DNA from: a virus
Lineage: Duplodnaviria; Caudoviricetes
Strand: one strand, 5' to 3'
Length of the DNA: 56,547 nt
IMG/VR virus record: IMGVR_UViG_3300033388_006544
Span: 1 to 56,547 of that record
Made by a program: the position numbers and the translations under genes. Shown one piece after another: positions 28,644 through 36,376 of the stretch. A model generated the notes under the pieces. The model was not told the origin of the DNA and ran no database searches. It saw only the letters and a list, made by a program, of their open reading frames with translations. The first letter of the stretch is position 1. Every line of letters begins with the position of its first letter.

Positions 28644-28829
28644 ATGAAAAAACGAAACGACGATAATGTTGACAATGGTGTTGACAATAAAGAGCTAAGA
28701 GAACGGATAATATTGACAAAAATAAGGAGAAAAGAGATGGAAGCTCTTCTCCTTGAAGCCATTACCGAGACATTGGAGACATTGGAGACATTGGAGGAAT
28801 TACATGAAGAAAACAAGGATGAAAGTTGA
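28644..28829 (+). CDS. Small coiled-coil hypothetical protein
   Basis: Packed ORF containing 3 x GAGACATTG (ETL) repeat. Confidence 0.5.
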   Translation: MKKRNDDNVDNGVDNKELRERIILTKIRRKEMEALLLEAITETLETLETLEELHEENKDES

Positions 28830-29007
28830 AGGCATTGTACTTGATGCACTCACTGAGGCCATCAGAAAAGGATTGAATATGGAAGACAGTGAAGCTATCT
28901 GGGGAGGTACAAAGGAAGAATATATCGAGGACCTCATGCAAGGCTGGCTGGACGAAGAGGATGGAGGTATAGCACTAGACAGACTAGTCAGTCTGATCAT
29001 TTATTGA
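28819..29007 (+). CDS. Acidic hypothetical protein
   Basis: MKVEGIVLDALTE...; packed ORF. Confidence 0.5.
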   Translation: MKVEGIVLDALTEAIRKGLNMEDSEAIWGGTKEEYIEDLMQGWLDEEDGGIALDRLVSLIIY

Positions 29008-29008
29008 T

Positions 29009-29512
29009 ATGCGGTGGGCTGTACTGGCTGGGTGTATAATATTCTTATTGTTAGATTTTAAGGTAGTTGTCTCAGATAATTATAGACCAAAGGTAAAAGA
29101 AATGACGAACATCGAGAGACAAATAGTGGAACACGAGGGTTTTGTGTCGACAGCTTTTAGAGGCCCCGAGGGAGCACTGCTTATAGGTTATGGCCGAAAC
29201 CTGGAAAGTAAGGGCATGACTAAAGGTGAAGCCAGAACACTACTGATAAACGACATAAGGGACTGCGAATCCGATCTATTTAAAATATTCGGTGATTCTT
29301 TCGAATCTATGAGCTTAGACCGACACAACGCCCTCATCGATATGCGATATACCCTGGGAGCAACAGGTTTCAGGACATTCAATAAAATGATAAAAGCCGT
29401 CAAGAATAAAAACTATCCTCTTGCCGCTAAAGAAATTAAGAATAGTCTGTGGTACACACAGGTCGGATCACGTGGAGACGATATATACAAACAAATGAGA
29501 GGTAGCGACTAA
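29009..29512 (+). CDS. GH24 (T4-like) lysozyme with N-terminal TM segment
   Basis: HEGF...IGYGRNL, ALIDMRYTLG, FNKMIKAV, AAKEIKNSLWYTQVGSR. Confidence 0.85.
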   Translation: MRWAVLAGCIIFLLLDFKVVVSDNYRPKVKEMTNIERQIVEHEGFVSTAFRGPEGALLIGYGRNLESKGMTKGEARTLLINDIRDCESDLFKIFGDSFESMSLDRHNALIDMRYTLGATGFRTFNKMIKAVKNKNYPLAAKEIKNSLWYTQVGSRGDDIYKQMRGSD

Positions 29513-29513
29513 G

Positions 29514-29717
29514 ATGATAACCAATAGGGGTGGTGAGCAGCTTAAAATTAAAACAGTAATAACTGTCGAAGTGGAACATCAACTGTGCCTAGATTTTTAC
29601 GACAGCGAGGAAGAGGCCTTGGCCATGGAAAGAGATTTTATATGCAGATGTCCGCTGGAAGCGATAAAACTGTATAAGAAAAATGCCGTCATTGCGACGA
29701 GCGTCGAAAGGATATAA
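29514..29717 (+). CDS. Hypothetical protein
   Basis: Packed ORF with GAGG RBS. Confidence 0.5.
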   Translation: MITNRGGEQLKIKTVITVEVEHQLCLDFYDSEEEALAMERDFICRCPLEAIKLYKKNAVIATSVERI

Positions 29718-29803
29718 AATGAAATACACGGATATAACTTTCTTCTTTTTTGTTGTCAGCGTTGGAGCAATAGCAGCAATTTTGTTCATATAAGGGGAAA
29801 AAT

Positions 29804-30247
29804 ATGAGAGAAAAAGAGCGATCAGTTAAGTGTAAGTCGAGGCACAGAGCAGTGCTGATTGAGTACCTGAGTAACCCAGACAATAAACCCGTCAGCCGGA
29901 AAAAGCTGTCCACTGATGTTTTAGGATTTTCCGAAGGCACAGTACTGTATCAGATATTCTCCCCAGACGAGCTTAAGGATATCGAATTTGAGGCTCTGGA
30001 ACTTAGGCGTAAGTGCTACGCAGCACAGCTCGCCAAAGTTGATACAGGTCTACTCGCAAAGGCAGCTACTGGAGATCCTGCGGCGGCTAAATTGGCATAT
30101 CAGCGCTTTGAAGGATGGTCCGAAAAGCAGATCAAAGAGTTTGTTATGGATGGACCATTCTTGGCCCAAATGTTTCAGATTTTTCCGCCCGAGATAGCAG
30201 AGCAAGTAAAAGCTGCGCTTGTAGCCAGGCAAGGAGAGTTAACGTAA
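29804..30247 (+). CDS. Putative terminase small subunit / HTH protein
   Basis: N-terminal HTH-like segment, then VDTGLLAKAATGDPAAAKLAYQRFEGW, typical of TerS-like proteins. Confidence 0.6.
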   Translation: MREKERSVKCKSRHRAVLIEYLSNPDNKPVSRKKLSTDVLGFSEGTVLYQIFSPDELKDIEFEALELRRKCYAAQLAKVDTGLLAKAATGDPAAAKLAYQRFEGWSEKQIKEFVMDGPFLAQMFQIFPPEIAEQVKAALVARQGELT

Positions 30248-30642
30248 TGAGGACGTCCAAAGTTGTCGTTGTATGCGGATCGAGGCGATATGTCGAAATG
30301 ATGGCGGTCACCGAATGGCTTATCCAGCGTGACGAGCATGCGATTACAATAGGCCTCGGCCTTCTTCCAGATTGGTACCCTTACCCACTCAACCACTTAG
30401 CCGAATACGAGGGGTGCTCTTCTGAGATGGATAAGTTGTATCTCGAAAAAATAAATCTTGCGGATGAGCTGTTTGTCGTCGATTACGAAAATTATATTGG
30501 CGAAAGTACCAGGAATAAAATAGCTTATGCCGAAACATGTAATGTGCCTGTCAGATATTTTAGCAAGGAACCTATCGGACAGCAAATCTTACAGTTAGTA
30601 GCCAAAGGAAATCGATGTTCGGTCAGCAAGTTCTATAATTAG
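30247..30642 (+). CDS. NDT/DUF4406-like Rossmann-fold protein
   Basis: VVVCGSRRY...KINLADELFVVD..NYIGEST...AYA; ATG 30247. Confidence 0.7.
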   Translation: MRTSKVVVVCGSRRYVEMMAVTEWLIQRDEHAITIGLGLLPDWYPYPLNHLAEYEGCSSEMDKLYLEKINLADELFVVDYENYIGESTRNKIAYAETCNVPVRYFSKEPIGQQILQLVAKGNRCSVSKFYN

Positions 30643-30774
30643 ATAGGAGTAAGCCATGAAAGATTTTAGGTTTGGCAGGTTTATTATTCTTTTCAACAAG
30701 GGGAGCAACGAGAAAGGTGTTGCGTGGTACAGTGTCCACTTCGGCATCAAACAAAAACCGAAAAAAAATAGAGA

Positions 30775-31134
30775 GTGAAAATGAAAAAGGCTGATAGAGT
30801 AAAGATATGGGAAAAGTATGACAAACATTGTGCTTACTGCGGCAAGCTCCTAGACTACCCGGATATGCAAGTAGATCATATTATCCCTCGGAGGGGTGGC
30901 AGATGTCCATCGGCCGAAAATATGGAAAATATGAACCCTAGCTGTAGACAATGTAATCACTACAAGCGGAGTCACTCGCTAAAGAGATTCCGACAGCTTG
31001 TTCGTACTTTAGATAAGAGAGTTAAAGCTCACTATATTAATAAGGTGGCTGTCGATTATGGCATTATAATAGAGGCTAAGCCCTGGGATGGTGTATTTTA
31101 TTTCGAGAGATGTCTCAAGATTAAGGGGAATTGA
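30775..31134 (+). CDS. HNH endonuclease
   Basis: HCAYCG...VDHIIP...NMNPSCRQCNHYK. Confidence 0.92.
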   Translation: MKMKKADRVKIWEKYDKHCAYCGKLLDYPDMQVDHIIPRRGGRCPSAENMENMNPSCRQCNHYKRSHSLKRFRQLVRTLDKRVKAHYINKVAVDYGIIIEAKPWDGVFYFERCLKIKGN

Positions 31135-31135
31135 A

Positions 31136-31378
31136 ATGTTTAGAGTAACGACATCAACATACAACTATCTGCCGATGGACGTTGACCGTAAGACCTCTGG
31201 TTTCGATAATCGTGGTCACGACTATTTATACGAGGATTATATTGTAATCCAGAAGAAAGGGAGGACTGTGTTTTGCGAGCCAGTGTCAGGGCTACCTAAA
31301 TGTGTGGAAAAAATACAAGAACTCCTGGATATAGCCTACAGTAAAGGGATGGCTGACGGAGATAATAATAAAGACTGA
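31136..31378 (+). CDS. Hypothetical protein, paralog 1
   Basis: STYNYLPMDVDRK...IQELLDIAY. Confidence 0.7.
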   Translation: MFRVTTSTYNYLPMDVDRKTSGFDNRGHDYLYEDYIVIQKKGRTVFCEPVSGLPKCVEKIQELLDIAYSKGMADGDNNKD

Positions 31379-31413
31379 TGAGATAAAATGTCTTAAGATT
31401 AAAAGGAGTCAAA

Positions 31414-31644
31414 ATGCTCGACGTATCAACATCAACATACATGTACCTACCCCCGGACGTTGACCGTAAGGTATTCGACCTAGGCGTAGATGACGATTAC
31501 ATGGACGATATCTATATGGTGGTCCGCAGAAAAGGGAAGACTATATATTGCAAGCCTTTAGCGAAAACGTCCAGCAAAGGGAGTGCGATCCAAGAACTTA
31601 TTGATACGGCCTTCGATGAGAAGGGATCTTACGGAGCTTATTGA
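31414..31644 (+). CDS. Hypothetical protein, paralog 2
   Basis: STYMYLPPDVDRK...IQELIDTAF. Confidence 0.7.
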   Translation: MLDVSTSTYMYLPPDVDRKVFDLGVDDDYMDDIYMVVRRKGKTIYCKPLAKTSSKGSAIQELIDTAFDEKGSYGAY

Positions 31645-31661
31645 GGAGACTAATAAGATAT

Positions 31662-31682
31662 TCCCCGGTAATTCACCGGGGA
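31662..31682. terminator. Hairpin between convergent genes
   Basis: CCCCGGT-AATTC-ACCGGGG; no clear U-tract. Confidence 0.45.
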
Positions 31683-31747
31683 GCCGTAAGCAGAGATATA
31701 TTTACCACTCTAAAGGTGTTGTGAGAGTTATCACAGTCGATACGTTT

Positions 31748-32044
31748 TTACCAACCAGCCAAACTTGCGTTAGATTTTCCTTGTTTATCTTCCTTTATCT
31801 GACAATCCCTTTTAGCGACTTCAAAAGCGCGATGGACCTCGCTCTCATAACCTTGGGCGCGTGCTTGCATATCCGCCAGTTCGCTGCCAACACCTAAGAC
31901 TATATAAAATTCTTGTTTTTCTGCGTAGGTACATTTATTACGTATCCATCCTATTAATTCTTTCTCATGGCCAGCATCGATTCCGTCAAAAAAAGCTTGC
32001 CGTGCAGCTAAATTATATTTTTGTTTTAGGCTTGCAGTGTCCAT
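31748..32044 (-). CDS. Hypothetical protein under promoter copy 3
   Basis: AAGGAG RBS before MDTASLKQKY. Confidence 0.7.
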   Translation of the reverse strand: MDTASLKQKYNLAARQAFFDGIDAGHEKELIGWIRNKCTYAEKQEFYIVLGVGSELADMQARAQGYESEVHRAFEVAKRDCQIKEDKQGKSNASLAGW

Positions 32045-32082
32045 AGTCTTTCTCCTTAAGATTTTGTGTTTTGTGTTTAGTT

Positions 32083-32130
32083 TTTTTTTGTCTGTTAGAA
32101 ACAATATAAATCTTCCTAAAAAATAGTCAA
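32083..32130 (-). promoter_or_regulatory. Repeated promoter cassette, copy 3 (leftward)
   Basis: Reverse strand TTGACT-N16-TATATT followed by GTTTCTAACAGACAAAAA. Confidence 0.8.
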
Positions 32131-32208
32131 GCCCTTTTGAGCATTTTTTTTGATATTTTTTAAAAAAAGTTTTTACGGTGGGCTGTTTCTGAAGAATAAA
32201 TAATACAA

Positions 32209-32229
32209 CTGGGGACAATTTGTCCCCAG
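32209..32229. promoter_or_regulatory. Perfect 10-bp inverted repeat (operator-like)
   Basis: CTGGGGACAA-T-TTGTCCCCAG. Confidence 0.5.
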
Positions 32230-32314
32230 ATGGTCGATTTATGGTCGATTTATGGTTGGTTTATGGTTGGTTTATGGTTGGTTTATGGTTGGTTTATGGT
32301 TGGTTTATGGTTGG
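32230..32314. repeat. 7.7 x 11-bp tandem repeat
   Basis: ATGGTCGATTT x2, then ATGGTTGGTTT x5 plus a partial unit. Confidence 0.95.
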
Positions 32315-32871
32315 AGATCAGATGTGGCAATTTCCCAGGTGCGGATTCGCACGCTGCCAAACCTTTTAACGGGTTCAGTTCTTTTTGCTTTCATTTTACG
32401 TAAAACCCCACAAAGAAAGGTTCTGGTAATCTTTACATCTTGTAAGAATAATTTCTCTTTGAGATTGGAAAGTTTGAAAAACATTATGCCAGATTTAATA
32501 ACGCAGCTATCGTTTATCCTGACAAAAGTGTCAAGTTTTTCCGAACCTGACCTACTGTTCCACTGTGTTAGCCATTCGGATAACAACATTGTTGTTATAT
32601 CAAGCTCGGGGAATGCCGATATTTTTTTCTCTTCAGCACATTCCAGTAATCCCCTTATTAAATTAACCCAGCCTTTTTGATTGGGGGAAACATACCATTT
32701 GCCAGTAGCCTCTATGATTGATCCCATTGAAAGCCTCGCAGACATTAGCTGCCCCACGGTAACAACAGCCCGCCCGCCATTTGTTAAATGCAAAGCGTAT
32801 CCTGTGCTGCCATCAGTGTATTTCAAAATAACTATTTTCTCTATCACGTTTTCTGCTAATTCTGTTTTCAT
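32305..32871 (-). CDS. Stand-alone paralog of the primase C-terminal domain (188 aa)
   Basis: AAGGAG RBS; aligns end to end with the last ~180 aa of 15710..17296 (KYxDGST, LMS, EAT, QWN, SCVI, TRT.LC..LRK, TEP.KRF.S.RIRTWEIA). Confidence 0.88.
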   Translation of the reverse strand: MKTELAENVIEKIVILKYTDGSTGYALHLTNGGRAVVTVGQLMSARLSMGSIIEATGKWYVSPNQKGWVNLIRGLLECAEEKKISAFPELDITTMLLSEWLTQWNSRSGSEKLDTFVRINDSCVIKSGIMFFKLSNLKEKLFLQDVKITRTFLCGVLRKMKAKRTEPVKRFGSVRIRTWEIATSDLQP

Positions 32872-33094
32872 GTTTTTTCTCCTTTTATATGATACAGAAT
32901 ACCCTTTACGTGACCCGATATCCATCAATCAATTTAAAACGTGTTCCACTGGACAGGCTTAGACTAGAAAGACTAAGGGAGTGGACATGAACACTGCTAA
33001 AACTACAATGTGTCGGTGATGTACTGACGAACAATCACTTATGTGATATTTAGCCCCAAAAGTATAAAATACCCTATATCCTTAGTGACAGTAA

Positions 33095-33640
33095 GAGGGC
33101 CGGAGGTTCTGAGCAGTGGCCGGTTTTAGACAGAAAAAGTATTAATTATATTAGATACTTGCAACTTCTTGCCATATCGTTTTTAGCTCCGGCCGAACGA
33201 CTTCGTTAATAATATCAGATAGCTATACCCTCATGAGGGTACTTTGGGCCACGGCCACTGCTCTTAAACTATTTTATTTTTCTTGGCAGTGGCCGGTGGC
33301 CCAGGCTCCAAAAAATCGCTGAAACTCTTATATATAGAGGGTTTCAGGCTGGGCCGGAGGTATTTGAGCAGTGGCCGGAAGAATATGTAGATCCTTTATT
33401 CATGAGGGTTTGTAGCTATTTCTATTTGGGCCACTACTATTTAGCAGTGGCCGGTTTAAAGAACTCTCTTATATATAGGAGATTATTTTCGTAAATTATA
33501 AATATCAACCTCCGTCCGTAAAACTACTACAAGTCGCAAGCAAGACTTCTTTATTGTAAAAACTCTCTATATATAAGGGGGATTTTTATAACGGGTTTAT
33601 TCCTGAGCTGGGACACTACCATCTTGAGCTTGGGCCAAGC
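33095..33640. other. Second origin-like iteron array B
   Basis: (A/G)GCAGTGGCCGG x4, GGGCCAC/GGGACAC motifs, and blocks identical to array A. Confidence 0.65.
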
Positions 33641-33874
33641 TTAACGGTTTCATTGCGTCTTTAGCTTGTAATCTGACCACATCACGTTTCGATCACAGGC
33701 CATCGGCCTGTAAATATCCTCTCCGATCCTCTTTTATCGCCTCAATCTACCCTGAACAGACTAGTCTGACCAGTTCGCTCTAAACTTCCATCTGTCATCT
33801 TTTACGTTCAGCGCTCATTGATAGCCGACCACTTTCATCCGAGTTATAATAACAGGCATTCAAGGAGGATAATT

Positions 33875-34042
33875 ATGCCATTAAAATCAGGTAAGAAAAA
33901 TATTGGTAGGAACATCGCAGAAATGATAAAAGCTGGTCACCCGAGGGATCAGGCTATAGCCGCTGCATTTAGCAAAGCGGGGCGCAGCAAGGCTCGCAGA
34001 ACTCTAGGGAAGAAACAAAATAAAAAGAAAGTAGCTCTCTAA
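33875..34042 (+). CDS. Small basic protein typical upstream of terminases
   Basis: [35 protein letters not shown]; AAGGAGG RBS. Confidence 0.8.
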   Translation: MPLKSGKKNIGRNIAEMIKAGHPRDQAIAAAFSKAGRSKARRTLGKKQNKKKVAL

Positions 34043-34144
34043 GCGACGCTAATTTTCTGGGGTGCCAGTGTACCCTTATCATATTTTAAACAGCTTAGCG
34101 GTCCAGCCACAGGGCAAAAAGTAATCCAAAAAGAAGAGAATGAC

Positions 34145-35779
34145 ATGAATATGCCAATAAAGCTATCAGACGAGGCAGTAAACGCTCTCGTCTCTACCAT
34201 CCTTTCCCGGACTCCGCCTAAGACAATAAACACTTTTTTAGGCGAGGATAAATACATTAAGTATCAGGATGATCCTATAGGATTTATCGAGGTGGTGTTG
34301 GGTGAGACTCTGACCGATGATCTTCGGGCGATGGTCGAGAGTGTGAGAGATAATCAAGTAACTGTTGCGGTCTCATCGAATGGTACAGGCAAAACCTGGG
34401 CAGCGGCCCGTGTAGCTGTTTGGTTCTATCTTTGTTTCGACGATACCAAGGTCTTTACTGCCGCCGCTCCGCCTTACGACAACCTTAAAAATCTCTTGTG
34501 GGGTGAGATTGGTAGTGTGATAAGGGATCACCCTCAACTTTTTACTGGTCACACAGTAACCTCAATGGACGTGAGGCGAGGCCCCGAGGACTATATGATC
34601 GGCGTTACCATCCCTAGCGCCGGAAGCGACCAAGAAAAAGAAGCTAAGTTTTCGGGCAAGCATCAGAAACATATGTTTTTTGGCTTTGACGAGGGCGATG
34701 CTATTCCGGGGTCAGTGTACAGAGGTACCGAGTCCTGTATGTCTGGTGGCTTTGTCCGTCTCCTTATTATGTTCAACCCTCGTCATGCCGCAGGCCCGGT
34801 GTATCGGATGATCCGTGACAAAACAGCTAACATCGTGCACCTGTCAGCGTTTCGGCATCCAAACGTCATTACAGGGGAAGATAAGATCCCCGGTGCTGTG
34901 AGCAGAGGAGTAACCGTAAGACGCATTAATGAGTGGGCCAGGCCTCTTAGAGATGGCGACAAGGCCAGTGAGCGGAGTGTTTTTACTCTTCCCGACTACT
35001 TAGTGGGTAAAATAGGTTACTCACAGGCCGGATTGCAATATCCGCCGTTGGTGGCCGGAGAGTACAAGATCCTTAATCCATGTTTTTCGTACATGGTCCT
35101 CGGCCAGTATCCTGCGCAGGGCACCGACCAGCTAATTTCGGAAGAGTGGATATCAGCGGCCAGATCAAGATATGATATATATGTCGCTCAGTATGGTGAG
35201 ACACCACCCGCCGGAGCTACCGGAGTTATGGGGCTGGATGTCGCTGAGATGGGCGATGACAGTAATGTTGCGGTGGGACGATATGGAGGTTATCTCACGC
35301 CGTTTAGCTCATGGAGCGGCGTTGATCCAATAGAGACCGGGGATCGTGCGGTTGCGTGGTATCAAACTCACAAGGGAATAACGAGGGCGAATATCGACGG
35401 GACAGGCGTCGGAGCTGGGGTAGCTCCTCACATGCAGCGGACCAACGGCATCGTCAGTACGAGCATAAAAGTTGCAGCAAGAGCAACGATCACGACAGAG
35501 ATTGGTGACTTTAAAATATTAAGAGATGAGCTGCTATGGAGGGTCCGGGAGTGGTTAAGGACTGATCAGGGTGCAATGCTGCCTCCAGATGAGGACTTAG
35601 ATGAGGAGCTTAAAGCCTTAACTTACTGTACTGACTCAGGATTAGTTGAGGTAATCGAGACGTCTAAAATGAAGAAATTACTTAGCAGGAGTCCCGATCA
35701 TCTGATGTCCTTAGCTATGACCTTCGCAAATACTGATGGATTCTTCTCGGGCTGCGAGTTTAAAGCCTTTCCAGATTAG
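34145..35779 (+). CDS. terL: Terminase large subunit
   Basis: SSNGTGKT, FGFDEG, FNP, GLDVAEMGDD, IDGTGVG, RSPDHLMSL. Confidence 0.92.
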   Translation: MNMPIKLSDEAVNALVSTILSRTPPKTINTFLGEDKYIKYQDDPIGFIEVVLGETLTDDLRAMVESVRDNQVTVAVSSNGTGKTWAAARVAVWFYLCFDDTKVFTAAAPPYDNLKNLLWGEIGSVIRDHPQLFTGHTVTSMDVRRGPEDYMIGVTIPSAGSDQEKEAKFSGKHQKHMFFGFDEGDAIPGSVYRGTESCMSGGFVRLLIMFNPRHAAGPVYRMIRDKTANIVHLSAFRHPNVITGEDKIPGAVSRGVTVRRINEWARPLRDGDKASERSVFTLPDYLVGKIGYSQAGLQYPPLVAGEYKILNPCFSYMVLGQYPAQGTDQLISEEWISAARSRYDIYVAQYGETPPAGATGVMGLDVAEMGDDSNVAVGRYGGYLTPFSSWSGVDPIETGDRAVAWYQTHKGITRANIDGTGVGAGVAPHMQRTNGIVSTSIKVAARATITTEIGDFKILRDELLWRVREWLRTDQGAMLPPDEDLDEELKALTYCTDSGLVEVIETSKMKKLLSRSPDHLMSLAMTFANTDGFFSGCEFKAFPD

Positions 35780-35861
35780 TAAAGTCAATTATGGCGATGC
35801 TCTATATGTAACTGTATACTACTAACTAATCGATAAACCAAACCAAAATAGGAGAAAAAGA

Positions 35862-36272
35862 ATGATTAAGAATTTGTCAATGTGTATCGTGTCCCTTTTG
35901 ATGGCCTGTTTGCTTTGTGCTGTAGCGGTCCCGGCTATGGCCATGGATCAGTGTGATGTGGTGGGAAACTCATACACCATAACTTTCGGTGACGATGAAT
36001 ATGTCTTGACCGATTTCATCGAATCAGAGGCTAAGTTTAGTCCTGCTCCGCTGTGTGGTGGAAAGGTATATCTTATGTTTCCTTCTGGTAGCTTTTATTT
36101 TCTGGATTGGAGCGTTAGCCGTGACCACAATCTTTTCATTGCCGGACTACCTGCGGTTTTGACTGAGGACGGATTAACACTATATTGTATCCCCGAAGCT
36201 CCGTATACTACAGACATCGGTGGTGTCATATATAAGACTGAGAGGGAGGTTCCAACACTAAGCTTCAAATAG
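35862..36272 (+). CDS. Exported protein with signal peptide (moron)
   Basis: Hydrophobic N-terminus ending in AMA; own RBS and downstream terminator. Confidence 0.7.
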   Translation: MIKNLSMCIVSLLMACLLCAVAVPAMAMDQCDVVGNSYTITFGDDEYVLTDFIESEAKFSPAPLCGGKVYLMFPSGSFYFLDWSVSRDHNLFIAGLPAVLTEDGLTLYCIPEAPYTTDIGGVIYKTEREVPTLSFK

Positions 36273-36294
36273 ACTCACTCAGATAATCGATGAT

Positions 36295-36325
36295 AAAAGG
36301 CTGCTCTTCAGAGTAGCCTTTTTTT
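36295..36325 (+). terminator. Rho-independent terminator
   Basis: AAAAGGCTGCTC-TTCA-GAGTAGCC followed by T7. Confidence 0.85.
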
Positions 36326-36341
36326 GTTGTATATTCAATAG

Positions 36342-36370
36342 TTGCGATTCACTTGTTTGATTTGTATAAT
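36342..36370 (+). promoter_or_regulatory. sigma70 promoter
   Basis: TTGCGA-N17-TATAAT immediately after the terminator. Confidence 0.6.
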
Positions 36371-36376
36371 ACCTGC

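Noticed and set aside
28767-28796. GAGACATTG x3 as a regulatory repeat
   Set aside because: In-frame ETL microduplication within a small coiled-coil ORF.
31748-32218. 156-aa version of the leftward ORF
   Set aside because: The extension runs through promoter copy 3; the RBS supports ATG 32044.
32230-32314. CRISPR array or telomere-like repeat
   Set aside because: Contiguous 11-mers without spacers, internal position, derived from a gene end.
32252-32680. 142-aa plus-strand ORF (MVGLWLVYGW...)
   Set aside because: Artefact of the tandem repeat, antisense to the better-supported CTD paralog.
15305-33640. Excisable element or satellite bounded by att-like direct repeats
   Set aside because: No recombinase found; identity between arrays is limited to short blocks; the enclosed genes are the phage's own replication genes.
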